From Sedimentisphaerales bacterium (GTDB lineage Bacteria; Planctomycetota; Phycisphaerae; Sedimentisphaerales; SM23-30), in NCBI GenBank assembly GCA_963666285.1, contig OY762711.1: 64,000 bases of DNA; one strand, given 5' to 3'. Shown here in pieces: positions 41,060-50,785 of this stretch (position 1 is the stretch's first letter; each line of letters begins with the position of its first letter). The notes under the pieces are model-generated. The model was not told where the DNA came from, made no database searches, and saw only the letters and a list, made by a program, of their open reading frames with translations. A program made the translations under genes and the position numbers.

Positions 41060-42034
41060 ATGGCAAAACGAATATTATCAGGAATTCAGCCTTCGGGCAA
41101 ACTGCATTTAGGGAATTATTTTGGCGCTATCAGCCAATTTGTGGACTATCAGAACCAGGGTGATGAGTGCTTTTATTTCATTGCGGATTATCATGCGATG
41201 ACAACTGTTAAAGATCCGGCGATGCTTAGAGAGTATGTAAATGAGGTCGCATTGACATATCTGGCATTTGGCATAGACCCGGAAAAAGTGGCGTTTTACC
41301 GACAGAGCGATGTGCCTGAGGTTACAGAGCTGAGCTGGATTTTTTCCTGCCTGATTCCTAACGGTCTTCTCGAACGCTGCGTAAGCTATAAGGATAAGAT
41401 AGCCCAGGGACTGACCCCGAACCATGGCTTATTCTATTATCCATGTTTGCAGGCTGCTGATATCCTGATTACCGGTTGTGATATTGTGCCTGTCGGTCAG
41501 GACCAGAAACAGCATGTAGAGGTTACCCGCGATATAGCCGAGAAATTCAATAACCAGTATGGTGAAGTGCTGACAATTCCTGAGCCTCGTATCCGGGAGT
41601 CTACGGCTATTGTTCCTGGTGTTGATGGCCGTAAGATGTCAAAGAGCTATGACAATACTATTCCGCTGATCGAAGCGGCAGGGAAGTGCAAGAAACGCAT
41701 TATGAAGGTAGTGACAGATTCTACCCCGGTAGAAGATCCGAAAGACCCGGAAAAGTGTAATGTGTTTGCCTTACTGAAGCTGTTTTGCAATGAAACCGAA
41801 CTGGCTGAATGGCGTGACAGATATACTAGCGGCGGGATGGGTTATGGCGAAGCCAAGAAGGCCCTAGCCGAGATGGTAAACAATTTCCTTGAGCCTGCCC
41901 GTGCAAGATATGAAGAGCTGGTAAATGATATGTCTTATGTTGAAGATGTTCTGTCCGATGGTGCCAGGAAGGCGCATGTCACGACAGATGCTCTGATGGA
42001 AAAAGTAAGGTCGGCGACCGGGCTGAGGAAGTAA
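41060..42034 (+). CDS. trpS: Tryptophan--tRNA ligase
   Basis: SGIQPSGKLHLGNY, QAADIL, VPVGQDQ.QH, KMSKS. Confidence 0.97.
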   Translation: MAKRILSGIQPSGKLHLGNYFGAISQFVDYQNQGDECFYFIADYHAMTTVKDPAMLREYVNEVALTYLAFGIDPEKVAFYRQSDVPEVTELSWIFSCLIPNGLLERCVSYKDKIAQGLTPNHGLFYYPCLQAADILITGCDIVPVGQDQKQHVEVTRDIAEKFNNQYGEVLTIPEPRIRESTAIVPGVDGRKMSKSYDNTIPLIEAAGKCKKRIMKVVTDSTPVEDPKDPEKCNVFALLKLFCNETELAEWRDRYTSGGMGYGEAKKALAEMVNNFLEPARARYEELVNDMSYVEDVLSDGARKAHVTTDALMEKVRSATGLRK

Positions 42035-42094
42035 AAAATAAAGTGCTCTACGGATGCCAGATTAGAATAGGCAAGATGCAAGAATTCAAGATAT

Positions 42095-43213
42095 ATGACA
42101 GATTATAGAGTAAAATTAGAGGTTTATAACGGTCCGATGGACCTGCTGCTGTATCTTATCAAGCGAGATGAGATAGATATCTATGATTTACCGGTGGCAA
42201 CGATCACATCTCAGTACATGGAATATATGAATCTCATGGAAGAGCTGGACGTAGATCTAGCCGGTGAATTCCTGGTTATGGCGGCGACCCTGATGGAACT
42301 TAAGAGCCTGATGGTTATTCCGCGTGATGAGATTGAGGGAGAAGAGGGTGAAGATGATCCTACAGACCCACGAATGGAATTGATTCATCAGCTGCTGGAG
42401 TATAAGCGGTTCAAAGATGCGGCCGGTATGCTGGAAGACGCCGCAGAGGAGCGGGCAGGTCGTTTCCATCGTCCACTGGTTGACCTTGAGCGGGTAAAGA
42501 AAGAGCTGAAATCCGAGCAGGAACTGGATATGGAATCGGTTCAGATCTGGGATCTGATGGATGCGTTTACCCGTCTAATGAAGGCAACGCTGGCTAATAA
42601 GGCTACTCATAATGTTATCCATGATGAAACCCCGATTGATATCTATGAGACAAGGATATTGGAAAGGGCGCAAAAAGCTAACCCACTGAAGTTTGAAGCG
42701 GTATTTGAACGTGCCTCTAACCGTGAAGAGATGGTTGGAATGTTTTTGGCTATTTTGGAGCTTATGCGTCACCGGCTGGTGAAAATTGAGCAGGAAAAAG
42801 CATTTGGAGATATTTATATATTCCCGCAGACCGAAATGGATGCCAAGCAGGCGGTATTGAATACCATTTCCGGTGCAAATATCCAGGCCGAGGAAGAAGA
42901 ACTGCTCAATGAAGTTGGAATAGCCAAGCCGGAAGAAGAAAAACTGTTTTCAGAGACTATCAGTATAACAGAGGATCTGGGCGGTTTTAGCGAAGATGTG
43001 AGGTTCAAGTCTGAAGAGGAAGCCGAACAAGCCGAAGAAGAGGCAGTAGCAGAAGATACCGAGTCTGAATTTGAAGATGAAGATCAGGTAGAGTTTGATA
43101 TGGATGAGGTTGAAGAGATCGATATTGAAGAGCTTGATAGCCGGGTCCTGGAAGAGAAAAAGGCCGAATTGACGGAAAATGATGATACCGAGCTTGATTT
43201 GCCGAAAGAGTGA
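42095..43213 (+). CDS. scpA: Segregation/condensation protein A with acidic tail
   Basis: GPMDLLLYLI, EFLVMAATL..KS, FLAILEL, Q..FG.I. Confidence 0.92.
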   Translation: MTDYRVKLEVYNGPMDLLLYLIKRDEIDIYDLPVATITSQYMEYMNLMEELDVDLAGEFLVMAATLMELKSLMVIPRDEIEGEEGEDDPTDPRMELIHQLLEYKRFKDAAGMLEDAAEERAGRFHRPLVDLERVKKELKSEQELDMESVQIWDLMDAFTRLMKATLANKATHNVIHDETPIDIYETRILERAQKANPLKFEAVFERASNREEMVGMFLAILELMRHRLVKIEQEKAFGDIYIFPQTEMDAKQAVLNTISGANIQAEEEELLNEVGIAKPEEEKLFSETISITEDLGGFSEDVRFKSEEEAEQAEEEAVAEDTESEFEDEDQVEFDMDEVEEIDIEELDSRVLEEKKAELTENDDTELDLPKE

Positions 43214-43296
43214 TCACTAGAATCCCCTGACAGGCAGATTCTGGTTTATCCAGCTGCAGACAGAACTCACCTTAAAAACGCCAGGAATATAGTTAA

Positions 43297-44082
43297 ATGA
43301 GTATTTCGATAATCAATTGGAATGTAAATGGTATTCGTGCAATCCATCGAAAGGGTTTTAGCGAATGGTTTGATGAGATTAATGCGGATATTATCTGCTT
43401 ACAGGAGATAAAGGCCAAGCCGGAGCAGTTTCCCAAGGATCTATTAGAGAAAGAGGGATATACTGTTCATATTAACTCCGCGGAGCGGCCGGGCTATAGC
43501 GGAACGGCAGTGTGGACCAGGCTGGAGCCTAAGAAGGTAGAGTTTGGGTTCGGGGTAGAAAAGTTCGATTGTGAGGGCCGTGTGATCGGTCTCTGTTTCG
43601 ATGATTTCGAGGTTTATACGATATATTTTCCCAATGGCGGTAATGAAACCGAAGACGGGAGCAGTTTTGTCAGGCTTGATTATAAGATGGAGTTTTATGA
43701 TGAGTTCCTCAAGTATATGAACAAGCGTAAGAAGACCGGAAAGGATATTATCTTTACCGGTGATGTTAATACCGCACATAAGCCGATCGATCTATCTCGT
43801 CCGAAACAGAACGAAAAAAATACCGGTTTTTTGCCTGTCGAAAGGGAGTGGATTGATAAGGTTATTGATAATGGTTATGTCGATGTATTTCGTGAGTTTG
43901 ACAAGGAGCCGGACAGGTATACATGGTGGGACTATAAGACCCGTTCGCGGAGCCGGAATGTGGGCTGGAGGATCGATTATTTCTTTGCCACCAAAAAGAG
44001 CATGACCAGAATCAAGAACTGTAAGCATTTGACCGAGGTTATGGGTTCGGACCATTGTCCGCTGCAGCTTATTTTGGATTAG
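43297..44082 (+). CDS. xth: Exodeoxyribonuclease III
   Basis: WNVNGIRA, LQEIK, GDVNTAH, GWRIDY, GSDHCP. Confidence 0.95.
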   Translation: MSISIINWNVNGIRAIHRKGFSEWFDEINADIICLQEIKAKPEQFPKDLLEKEGYTVHINSAERPGYSGTAVWTRLEPKKVEFGFGVEKFDCEGRVIGLCFDDFEVYTIYFPNGGNETEDGSSFVRLDYKMEFYDEFLKYMNKRKKTGKDIIFTGDVNTAHKPIDLSRPKQNEKNTGFLPVEREWIDKVIDNGYVDVFREFDKEPDRYTWWDYKTRSRSRNVGWRIDYFFATKKSMTRIKNCKHLTEVMGSDHCPLQLILD

Positions 44083-44105
44083 ATCATTTACCTTGAGAAA
44101 ATATT

Positions 44106-44789
44106 ATGGCAAAAGCAAAAACATCGAAAGAGTTTAAGCCGACGAAAAAAGATGTCAGTTCTGCAAAGGACCGGATTATGCCTATTTTAAAGGCTTTGGC
44201 GAAAGATTATCCGGATGCCTCTTGTGAGTTGAATTATAAGACGCCGCTGCAGCTTATGGTAGCGACAATTCTATCGGCACAATGTACGGATAAGCGGGTA
44301 AATGAGGTAACCAAGGATCTGTTCAAGAAGTATAAGAATGCCGGTGATTTTGCGGATGCCGGTGAAGAAGAACTGGGTGAGGATATTAAGAGTACCGGTT
44401 TCTTTCGCAATAAGGCGAAAAATATAATCGCGGCATGTAAGGCGATAGTCGCAGAGCATAAAGGGAAAGTGCCCGGTAATATGGAAGAGCTGGTGAAGCT
44501 GCCGGGGGTAGGGCGTAAGACCGCGAATGTGATACTTGGCAATGCTTTTGGTGTGCCTGGGATAACGACAGATACACATCTTATCCGGTTGAGCAGACTT
44601 TTGGGTTTATCGGTGAATTCTGATCCGGTTAAGCTGGAACATGACCTTATGGAGATTGTGCCTGAGAAAGACTGGACGATATTCAGCCATCGGATAATCT
44701 GGCATGGCAGGAGAGTGTGTAATGCCCGTAAGCCTGATTGTGATAAATGTTCGCTGACGGGGAATTGCTGCTATTTCAACAAGGCATAG
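44106..44789 (+). CDS. nth: Endonuclease III
   Basis: LSAQCTD, LPGVGRKTANV, DTH, C-X6-C-X2-C-X5-C. Confidence 0.95.
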   Translation: MAKAKTSKEFKPTKKDVSSAKDRIMPILKALAKDYPDASCELNYKTPLQLMVATILSAQCTDKRVNEVTKDLFKKYKNAGDFADAGEEELGEDIKSTGFFRNKAKNIIAACKAIVAEHKGKVPGNMEELVKLPGVGRKTANVILGNAFGVPGITTDTHLIRLSRLLGLSVNSDPVKLEHDLMEIVPEKDWTIFSHRIIWHGRRVCNARKPDCDKCSLTGNCCYFNKA

Positions 44790-44828
44790 CCCTTTGATCA
44801 GACCTCAGTAGGCGAGCTGCTTTGGAGA

Positions 44829-45472
44829 CCAAGCAAAGCTTGGAACAGACCTCGCTTCGCTCGGCGACGAATTGAGATTGTCAATTCTAGAGGGCAAATC
44901 AGAATGATTTGCCAAGGCGTGATACAAATATTCAGTTTTTCAAAGAGCAAAATTTATGTTTAAGACGAAAATTTCGTCGTTGTTATGTTTTATCGAGAGC
45001 TGATTTTTATTGGTTCTCTTTTTTTGTTAGCTCTCTACTATCGGATGGTATGTCGAAAGTGCGCTGATTTTTTGGGCGGGATGGTTGGTTTGGAAGTTTG
45101 TAAAGTGTTGGGAGTAAACGGGATAATAATTTTAAAGATTTTAGATTTTCGCAATTTGGTGGTTGTAAAAACGAGATGATTTTTTCGAGAAAATCAGGGG
45201 TCAGGGATCTGGTTTCAGGTGCCAGGGAAGGTTGCTCGCTACCGCTCGCGGCCGATTGATGGGTAACGGGAGGTGTGCGGAAAGGTAACGAGGCATCGCG
45301 GCGGGTGGACGGCGGCGAAAAGGCAAATGGATTTGAGCGGCGGGGAATTGCGGGCTGCGGGCAGTATACGGCGGAACGTTGAATGGGTGCGGCGGTATAC
45401 GGACGGGAACGAAGCGGAGATGGGAAGGCAGGTAAAAAGTAAGAGGTAAGAGGTAAGAGTTGAGGTGTCCGC
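44829..45472. repeat. Non-coding mosaic repeat, copy B left part
   Basis: 44953..45460 is the reverse complement of 10542..11040; 44860..44918 matches 33082..33138. Confidence 0.88.
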
Positions 45473-45538
45473 TGTCTGGTCCTGTGATAAGTTGTCACAT
45501 TATAGATTTAATGTTTTAACAAATAACAGGAGACAACA

Positions 45539-45958
45539 ATGTTGGTAAGTAAACGAACTTATAATCGCTACAGCGAAGCCTTTAAATTACAGGTGGTAAA
45601 TGATCTTGAATCTGGTAAGCTAAGCAGTATTTATGAGGCTAATTCCCGCTATGGGATTTCTGGTACAACAACAGTAAAGAGTTGGCTAAGAAAATATGGC
45701 CGTAACCATTTGATACCAAAGGTGATACGCGTGGAAAAACTAGATGAACAAGATCATGTAAAGAAGTTAGAATCAGAGATTAAGCAGCTTAAAGAAGCGT
45801 TAGCAGACAGCCATATAGAGAATATTGTAAGTGAAGCCAGGTTTCAGGTTATTTGTAAAGAATACGGGCTGGATCCCGAGGAGTATAAAAAAAAAGTCGA
45901 TACCAAACGGTTCAACAAGCGTCCGAGGCAACCGTTGAAAAGAAAGAGGAAAAAATAG
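45539..45958 (+). CDS. IS3-family OrfA (HTH)
   Basis: RYSEAFKLQVV...YGI..TVKSWLRKYG; AGGAG RBS. Confidence 0.9.
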   Translation: MLVSKRTYNRYSEAFKLQVVNDLESGKLSSIYEANSRYGISGTTTVKSWLRKYGRNHLIPKVIRVEKLDEQDHVKKLESEIKQLKEALADSHIENIVSEARFQVICKEYGLDPEEYKKKVDTKRFNKRPRQPLKRKRKK

Positions 45959-45987
45959 CGATAACTTCCTTATGCAAAGCTGTTGGC

Positions 45988-46773
45988 ATGAGTCGTCAGA
46001 ATTATTATAAATCACATAAAGTTCGGCGCAGGCGGCACTATGAAAAAGACCTGATAATATCTTTGGCCAGGCTGGAAAGATCATTGCAGCCTGAGATGGG
46101 TTGCAGAAAGGTTTTGAAGCGTATAAAGCCCAAACTGGCAAAAGCCGGTATTAGTATAGGGCGAGATAGATTTTATGAAACGATGTCAGAAGCAGATATG
46201 TTGATAGAGCGTAAAAAGCGAAGTGTGACAACGACAGACAGTCGTCATAACTTTAAGACTTATAAGAATATACTGAAAGATGAAGAGCTTACAGGAGCCA
46301 ATCAGGCCCTGGTAAGTGATATAACGTACATATATACAGATGAAGGATTTATGTATCTGTCGTTGATAATGGATGCATTTAGTCGCAAGATAGTTGGCTA
46401 TGACTGTAGTGATAGTTTGGAAGCAGAAGGTTGTTTGCGTGCATTAACAAAGGCGATAAAGCAATTGCCCAAAGGTAGTAATACGATACATCATTCAGAT
46501 CGTGGCAGTCAGTATTGCTGCCATAGATATATAGATAAGCTTAAAAGAAATGGGCTGCGAGTTAGTATGACCGAAGATAATCATTGTTATGAGAATGCCC
46601 AGGCCGAGAGGTTAAACGGTATATTGAAGCACGAGTATGGATTGAAGAATACGTTTAAGAAAAAAGCTCATGTTCATGCTGCGGTTAAACAGGCGATAGA
46701 ACTGTATAATACCTGTCGTCCACATTTTGCTTTGGGATATCGTGTGCCTGAGGAAGTGCATATGGCGGCGTGA
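45988..46773 (+). CDS. IS3-family OrfB (DDE), -1 frame open from 45892
   Basis: Same protein as 77..862. Confidence 0.93.
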   Translation: MSRQNYYKSHKVRRRRHYEKDLIISLARLERSLQPEMGCRKVLKRIKPKLAKAGISIGRDRFYETMSEADMLIERKKRSVTTTDSRHNFKTYKNILKDEELTGANQALVSDITYIYTDEGFMYLSLIMDAFSRKIVGYDCSDSLEAEGCLRALTKAIKQLPKGSNTIHHSDRGSQYCCHRYIDKLKRNGLRVSMTEDNHCYENAQAERLNGILKHEYGLKNTFKKKAHVHAAVKQAIELYNTCRPHFALGYRVPEEVHMAA

Positions 46774-46884
46774 TATATTCCTCCGTTCCGGTCGCCCTTC
46801 GGGCTCCCTGCACTACGGAATATATCATCAAAAAACAATAGTAAATAGAAACGGAAAGTGACAACTTTAAATCAGGACTTGACA

Positions 46885-47637
46885 CGCTTCGCGGACGGCT
46901 TATTTTAAGCGGCTGGCGCCTTAAAATAAAGAGAACCACTGATGAACACCGATGCACACTGATAAAGAAAGAAATGGAAAGCGTTTCTAAAGTATCAAGT
47001 ATAAAGGATGAAGGATAAGAAATCAAGACACTACCAGCAACGAGCGAGCAGCCAAGCTGCTAGAGATTAGAGCAGATGACAGTGGAACAGGAGGAAGATA
47101 AATACGTGCTACGCACTCTGGCACATCATTGGACTTGGCCAATGATGTGAAGGTGTCGCTGACGCGACCTGTTTAAATAATGTGCCGAGCTTGTGCTCAG
47201 CGTTTCCAGGAGTGAAGGAGAGGTTAAAAAACGAATTGAAATTGAAGGGTGAGGGGATATAAGAAAGACTGTATGGTGGCTTGTGGTGGTAGTGCGGCGG
47301 AGAGGGGATTTTGCGTGAATTGATGTAAGTTGTTATTTTTGGATTGTGGGCGGACCAGATAATTGAGTGAAGAACGAAGAACTAAGAGTGAAGAATTGAG
47401 GTGTTCGCCTAACGGCTCACGGTTTGTTATAAGGCTGTCGCGTAGGTAAAGTTCAATCAAAATTGCGGCACCTGAAGGATGAGAAGAGTTAGAAGAAAGA
47501 GGCGAGAAGAGAGAGTCTAAAACCGGTTCGTTCAGGACATGGGTAACGGTTGAGTGTCAAGACATAGGCATTAAAAGTGTAAAGTGTAAAATAAAAAGAG
47601 TAAAGAATGTGTCGCTTCGCGATCTATTTTAAACGGC
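46885..47637. repeat. Non-coding mosaic repeat, copy B right part
   Basis: Reverse complement of 9910..10541 plus an extra ~270-bp module. Confidence 0.88.
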
Positions 47638-48018
47638 AGGTGATGAATGTGTCGAGTTCCAGATAAATCGGGATTTTGCTATGCTCAACATCGTGGTTCA
47701 CGAAATATTTTAAAGCTGATGCCGGGTATGTCGCTTTGGTGTGACTTGTTTTTTTGTTTGGAATTGTCTGCATTAGGGATTAAAATAAATTCTACTGCTG
47801 TTTGTTGAGATTTTTAGATTTGTGCGGATTGATTTAATTACTCAAACTGACCGATGGCCAGTTTGATAGGTATAAGAGATAAGGGGTCGGCATAAGGGTA
47901 GCCGGAGCCCATCGGCAAGCTCAGGGCAGGCGGTATACTGTTTTATTTTTTACAAATTGAGTTATAACTTGTTACAGTAAGATAAAATGTAAAGTCGGTC
48001 GCTTTGAGTATTTATATA

Positions 48019-48046
48019 TTCACCATGAAGGGCATGAAGTTAGTGA
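48019..48046 (+). repeat. 28-bp direct repeat TTCACCATGAAGGGCATGAAGTTAGTGA, copy 1
   Basis: Identical to 48606..48633. Confidence 0.9.
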
Positions 48047-48085
48047 CGAAAAATAGAATTAGTATGAAGTTAGAAGAGAAGGTGT

Positions 48086-48601
48086 TTGGTGATGTTTAAT
48101 TCATATATAATATTCATGATTTTTAATTCAGTTATAACGGTAATGGGAGTGTTTTTTATATATGGTTTTACCCATTCAATAATTTGGGCTACGGTTTGGG
48201 TGCCATCTATATCTATTTTCGACGCATACTTGTATGTTAAATGGTATAGCAATAGAACCCGTAAATGTCAGAAAAGACTTAAAGGGTACAGTGATGAGCA
48301 GGTAAGGGGAATGATGTTGAATCTGGATTTTTATTATCCTGATGGTTTTCCGCCGATGATATTGTTAAAGGAGCTTAAGGAAAGAGGGTGTGATATAGGC
48401 AAGTATAACGATATGGTTTTGGGGCTGCTGGAGTCGCCGGATGAGTGTGTGCGAGAGTTTGGAGTAGCGGCGTTTTTCTATATGTTTCCTAATGCAAGGG
48501 AGTTGTTTAAGGTGTGCAAATATAATATAGGTTTATCTGCCGAAAAAGGCAGGGAAGCGGTTGGAAGGATAAGAGAGCAATTGGGGGATGTCTGTGAATG
48601 A
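48086..48601 (+). CDS. Hypothetical 2-TM membrane protein, paralogue 1
   Basis: Shares DEQ...M.....YYP.G.PP...L.EL..RG.DIG.Y..M.L.L..S.D with the next gene. Confidence 0.75.
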   Translation: MVMFNSYIIFMIFNSVITVMGVFFIYGFTHSIIWATVWVPSISIFDAYLYVKWYSNRTRKCQKRLKGYSDEQVRGMMLNLDFYYPDGFPPMILLKELKERGCDIGKYNDMVLGLLESPDECVREFGVAAFFYMFPNARELFKVCKYNIGLSAEKGREAVGRIREQLGDVCE

Positions 48602-49175
48602 GTATTTCACCATGAAGGGCATGAAGTTAGTGAAGGATAATATGAAGAATTGGCGAAAGAATGATATTGGTTTATTTGTAGGGACGAGTCTTGTCTTTGC
48701 GTTTGGTTCTTCTGGGGTGCGTCTCTTTCAAAGGGAATCATATCCAGCTATTTTGGTAGAAGTTGCGTTAAAAGCATTATTGTTTGTGTCGGCATCAATT
48801 TTAATTTCGCAGATCAGAAAACACATAAAGGCGAAGCGGAGTGTTTCCCTGGCGAAGTATTTAGATGAGCAGTTACATGATATGCTGGTGGGTCAGAATT
48901 ATTATTATCCGGAAGGGTGTCCGCCGCAACATATGCTGGAGGAATTGCAGGTGAGAGGGAAGGATATCGGTCAGTATTTAGAGATGATATTGGATTTGCA
49001 TGTTTCAAAAGACAGATATTATCAGAAGCTGGCGTTTGAGGCGATGGTGAATGTTTATCCTGAAGAGTTCCGGTTTTTTGAAGAGTGTAAATGGTATCGT
49101 GCCGGGACAGATTTGGAAAAGGAAGAGCTGTTGCCGAAAGTGAAAGATAAGCTGGAGTTGTCGAATAAAGTTTAA
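48588..49175 (+). CDS. Hypothetical 2-TM membrane protein, paralogue 2 (start may be 48612 or later)
   Basis: Paralogy with 48086..48601. Confidence 0.75.
   Translation: MSVNEYFTMKGMKLVKDNMKNWRKNDIGLFVGTSLVFAFGSSGVRLFQRESYPAILVEVALKALLFVSASILISQIRKHIKAKRSVSLAKYLDEQLHDMLVGQNYYYPEGCPPQHMLEELQVRGKDIGQYLEMILDLHVSKDRYYQKLAFEAMVNVYPEEFRFFEECKWYRAGTDLEKEELLPKVKDKLELSNKV
48606..48633 (+). repeat. 28-bp direct repeat, copy 2
   Basis: Identical to 48019..48046. Confidence 0.9.
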
Positions 49176-49512
49176 AATGTAAAATAGAAGGGTAAATAGT
49201 GATCAGCTGCGAGCGGGGGATAATAGAATCGCAGATTAACTTAGGGCGGTTGAGTGGGCAAGCTAAGTAAGGGAAGAAGTAAGAGGGAAGAGTTGTGCGA
49301 CCTGCACTGTACGGTGCATGACCTTATTATAAACGGCTACGCCGAACGACCGAAGGTCGTTAGAGATTAGAGCAGTTGAGTAGTTGAACAGGCAAATAGC
49401 AGTGAGCTATCAGCGGACAACTACCTGCAAGCAGGAAATACGTGCTACGCACTCTGGCACATCATTGGACAAGTCCAATGATGTGATGGTGTCGCTATGC
49501 GACCTGTTTTAA
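49170..49512. repeat. Mosaic-repeat fragment D
   Basis: 49436..49512 nearly identical to 47100..47176; TAGAGATTAGAGCAG shared; 7-bp periodic tracts. Confidence 0.8.
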
Positions 49513-49557
49513 TTTTAGCTTATTAGATTGCCCGGATTTTTTGTCGAGGAAAAACTA

Positions 49558-50616
49558 ATGTTCAAATGTTATTGTTATTTAGTATTATTAGCTTTTTTTA
49601 ATAGTGTTGCTATTGCTAATAGTTATAGTGATAATGGATTCACAAATGACACAATAAAATATTTTGGAATCCTAAAATATGAACCAAACATATTGCACAC
49701 ACATTTACTTCTTAATGACTCTTTTATCAGGCACCGTGCCTTTTGTGTTAGCAAAAAAGGAGAAGAAACATACTATACTTATTTAGATACAAGTATCATA
49801 TCTGAGGTGTGGGACATTGGTGACAATCGCTATGCTTTTGGTCCTGAAGGTGTTTATTGTATGCCTTATAACCAAATATTACCAGATTATTTTGATGCTT
49901 TTCCACAAAGGTCATATTTAAATAATATAGTTACAACTGCAAGTGCTGGAACATTGTTGGCTCAAAAAGATAGATTGTATATATTATATTCGGTTGCTGA
50001 TTCGCTTGAGTCAGGTAGTATTAATTTCAGTTATTTCATAAATGTTTATGATATTGATAAAAATACAAAAATTTCAAGTACTGAGTTGCCTGGGGGTAGA
50101 ACTCTCTTGCTGGATAATAAAAACATTTACGTACCTTTATACGATCAATACGTTATGATACCACTAGCTAGTAATGGTAATATACAAAGTAAGGTTGAGG
50201 TTAAAGATTTTCCAGGGAAAAATCTGGTTGGGGTGTTTGATGAAAGGTTATTATACACGCAAAAAGACAAATATATGAGACAGCTGTATTGTGATAACGA
50301 ACTTATTTTAGATGGTGTTCGTGAAATATACAACCATAATAATAAATTACTTTGGGTAATAAATTACTATAATGAATTATTTACTATTGATCAAAAATGT
50401 AAAGTTAAGGAGGTTTGCAAACTTCCTGATGATATTGGACAGGACTTTCGTATGGGTGTATATACAGATGATACTTTATGGATTCATAAGATGTTTGATG
50501 AACAGAAGCCAATCAATGTTTTTTTGATAGACAAAAATGGTAAAATAGATAACAAAAAGATTGCAATAAAATTTTCTAATGCATTTAAGAGAAAGTTCAA
50601 ACTAACTATCGAATAA
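49558..50616 (+). CDS. Secreted hypothetical protein, AT-rich
   Basis: GAGGA RBS before ATG 49558; signal peptide. Confidence 0.7.
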   Translation: MFKCYCYLVLLAFFNSVAIANSYSDNGFTNDTIKYFGILKYEPNILHTHLLLNDSFIRHRAFCVSKKGEETYYTYLDTSIISEVWDIGDNRYAFGPEGVYCMPYNQILPDYFDAFPQRSYLNNIVTTASAGTLLAQKDRLYILYSVADSLESGSINFSYFINVYDIDKNTKISSTELPGGRTLLLDNKNIYVPLYDQYVMIPLASNGNIQSKVEVKDFPGKNLVGVFDERLLYTQKDKYMRQLYCDNELILDGVREIYNHNNKLLWVINYYNELFTIDQKCKVKEVCKLPDDIGQDFRMGVYTDDTLWIHKMFDEQKPINVFLIDKNGKIDNKKIAIKFSNAFKRKFKLTIE

Positions 50617-50785
50617 GGCTATCTCTAATAATTTTTTTGTGCTGTTAATAGTTACAATGCGTGCAGAGTTGCGAGTTAATGAGTCATAAGAATAGGGGGG
50701 GGAGGAAAAAGTTGTTTATATAGTCGGGTGTAGCAGTTAAAATACAGTCTGAATTGTGAAATAATACCATTATGGAGATGATATC

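Larger units (their letters stand above)
45473..46884 (+). mobile_element. IS3-family insertion sequence, complete copy 2 (1412 bp)
   Basis: IRL TGTCTGGTCCTGTGATAAGTTGTCAC vs IRR (rc) TGTCAAGTCCTGATTTAAAGTTGTCAC; 3-bp TSD CGC; A9G slippery site 45887-45896. Confidence 0.95.

Noticed and set aside
45007..45498. 163-aa minus-strand ORF and other short ORFs within mosaic copies (10095, 10205, 32887, 44985, 47224)
   Set aside because: The 163-aa ORF starts inside the IS end; low-complexity translations; indels between copies do not preserve frames
47640..50616. Integron cassette array
   Set aside because: No integron integrase, and I could not identify paired RYYYAAC/GTTRRRY attC boxes; IntegronFinder would settle it
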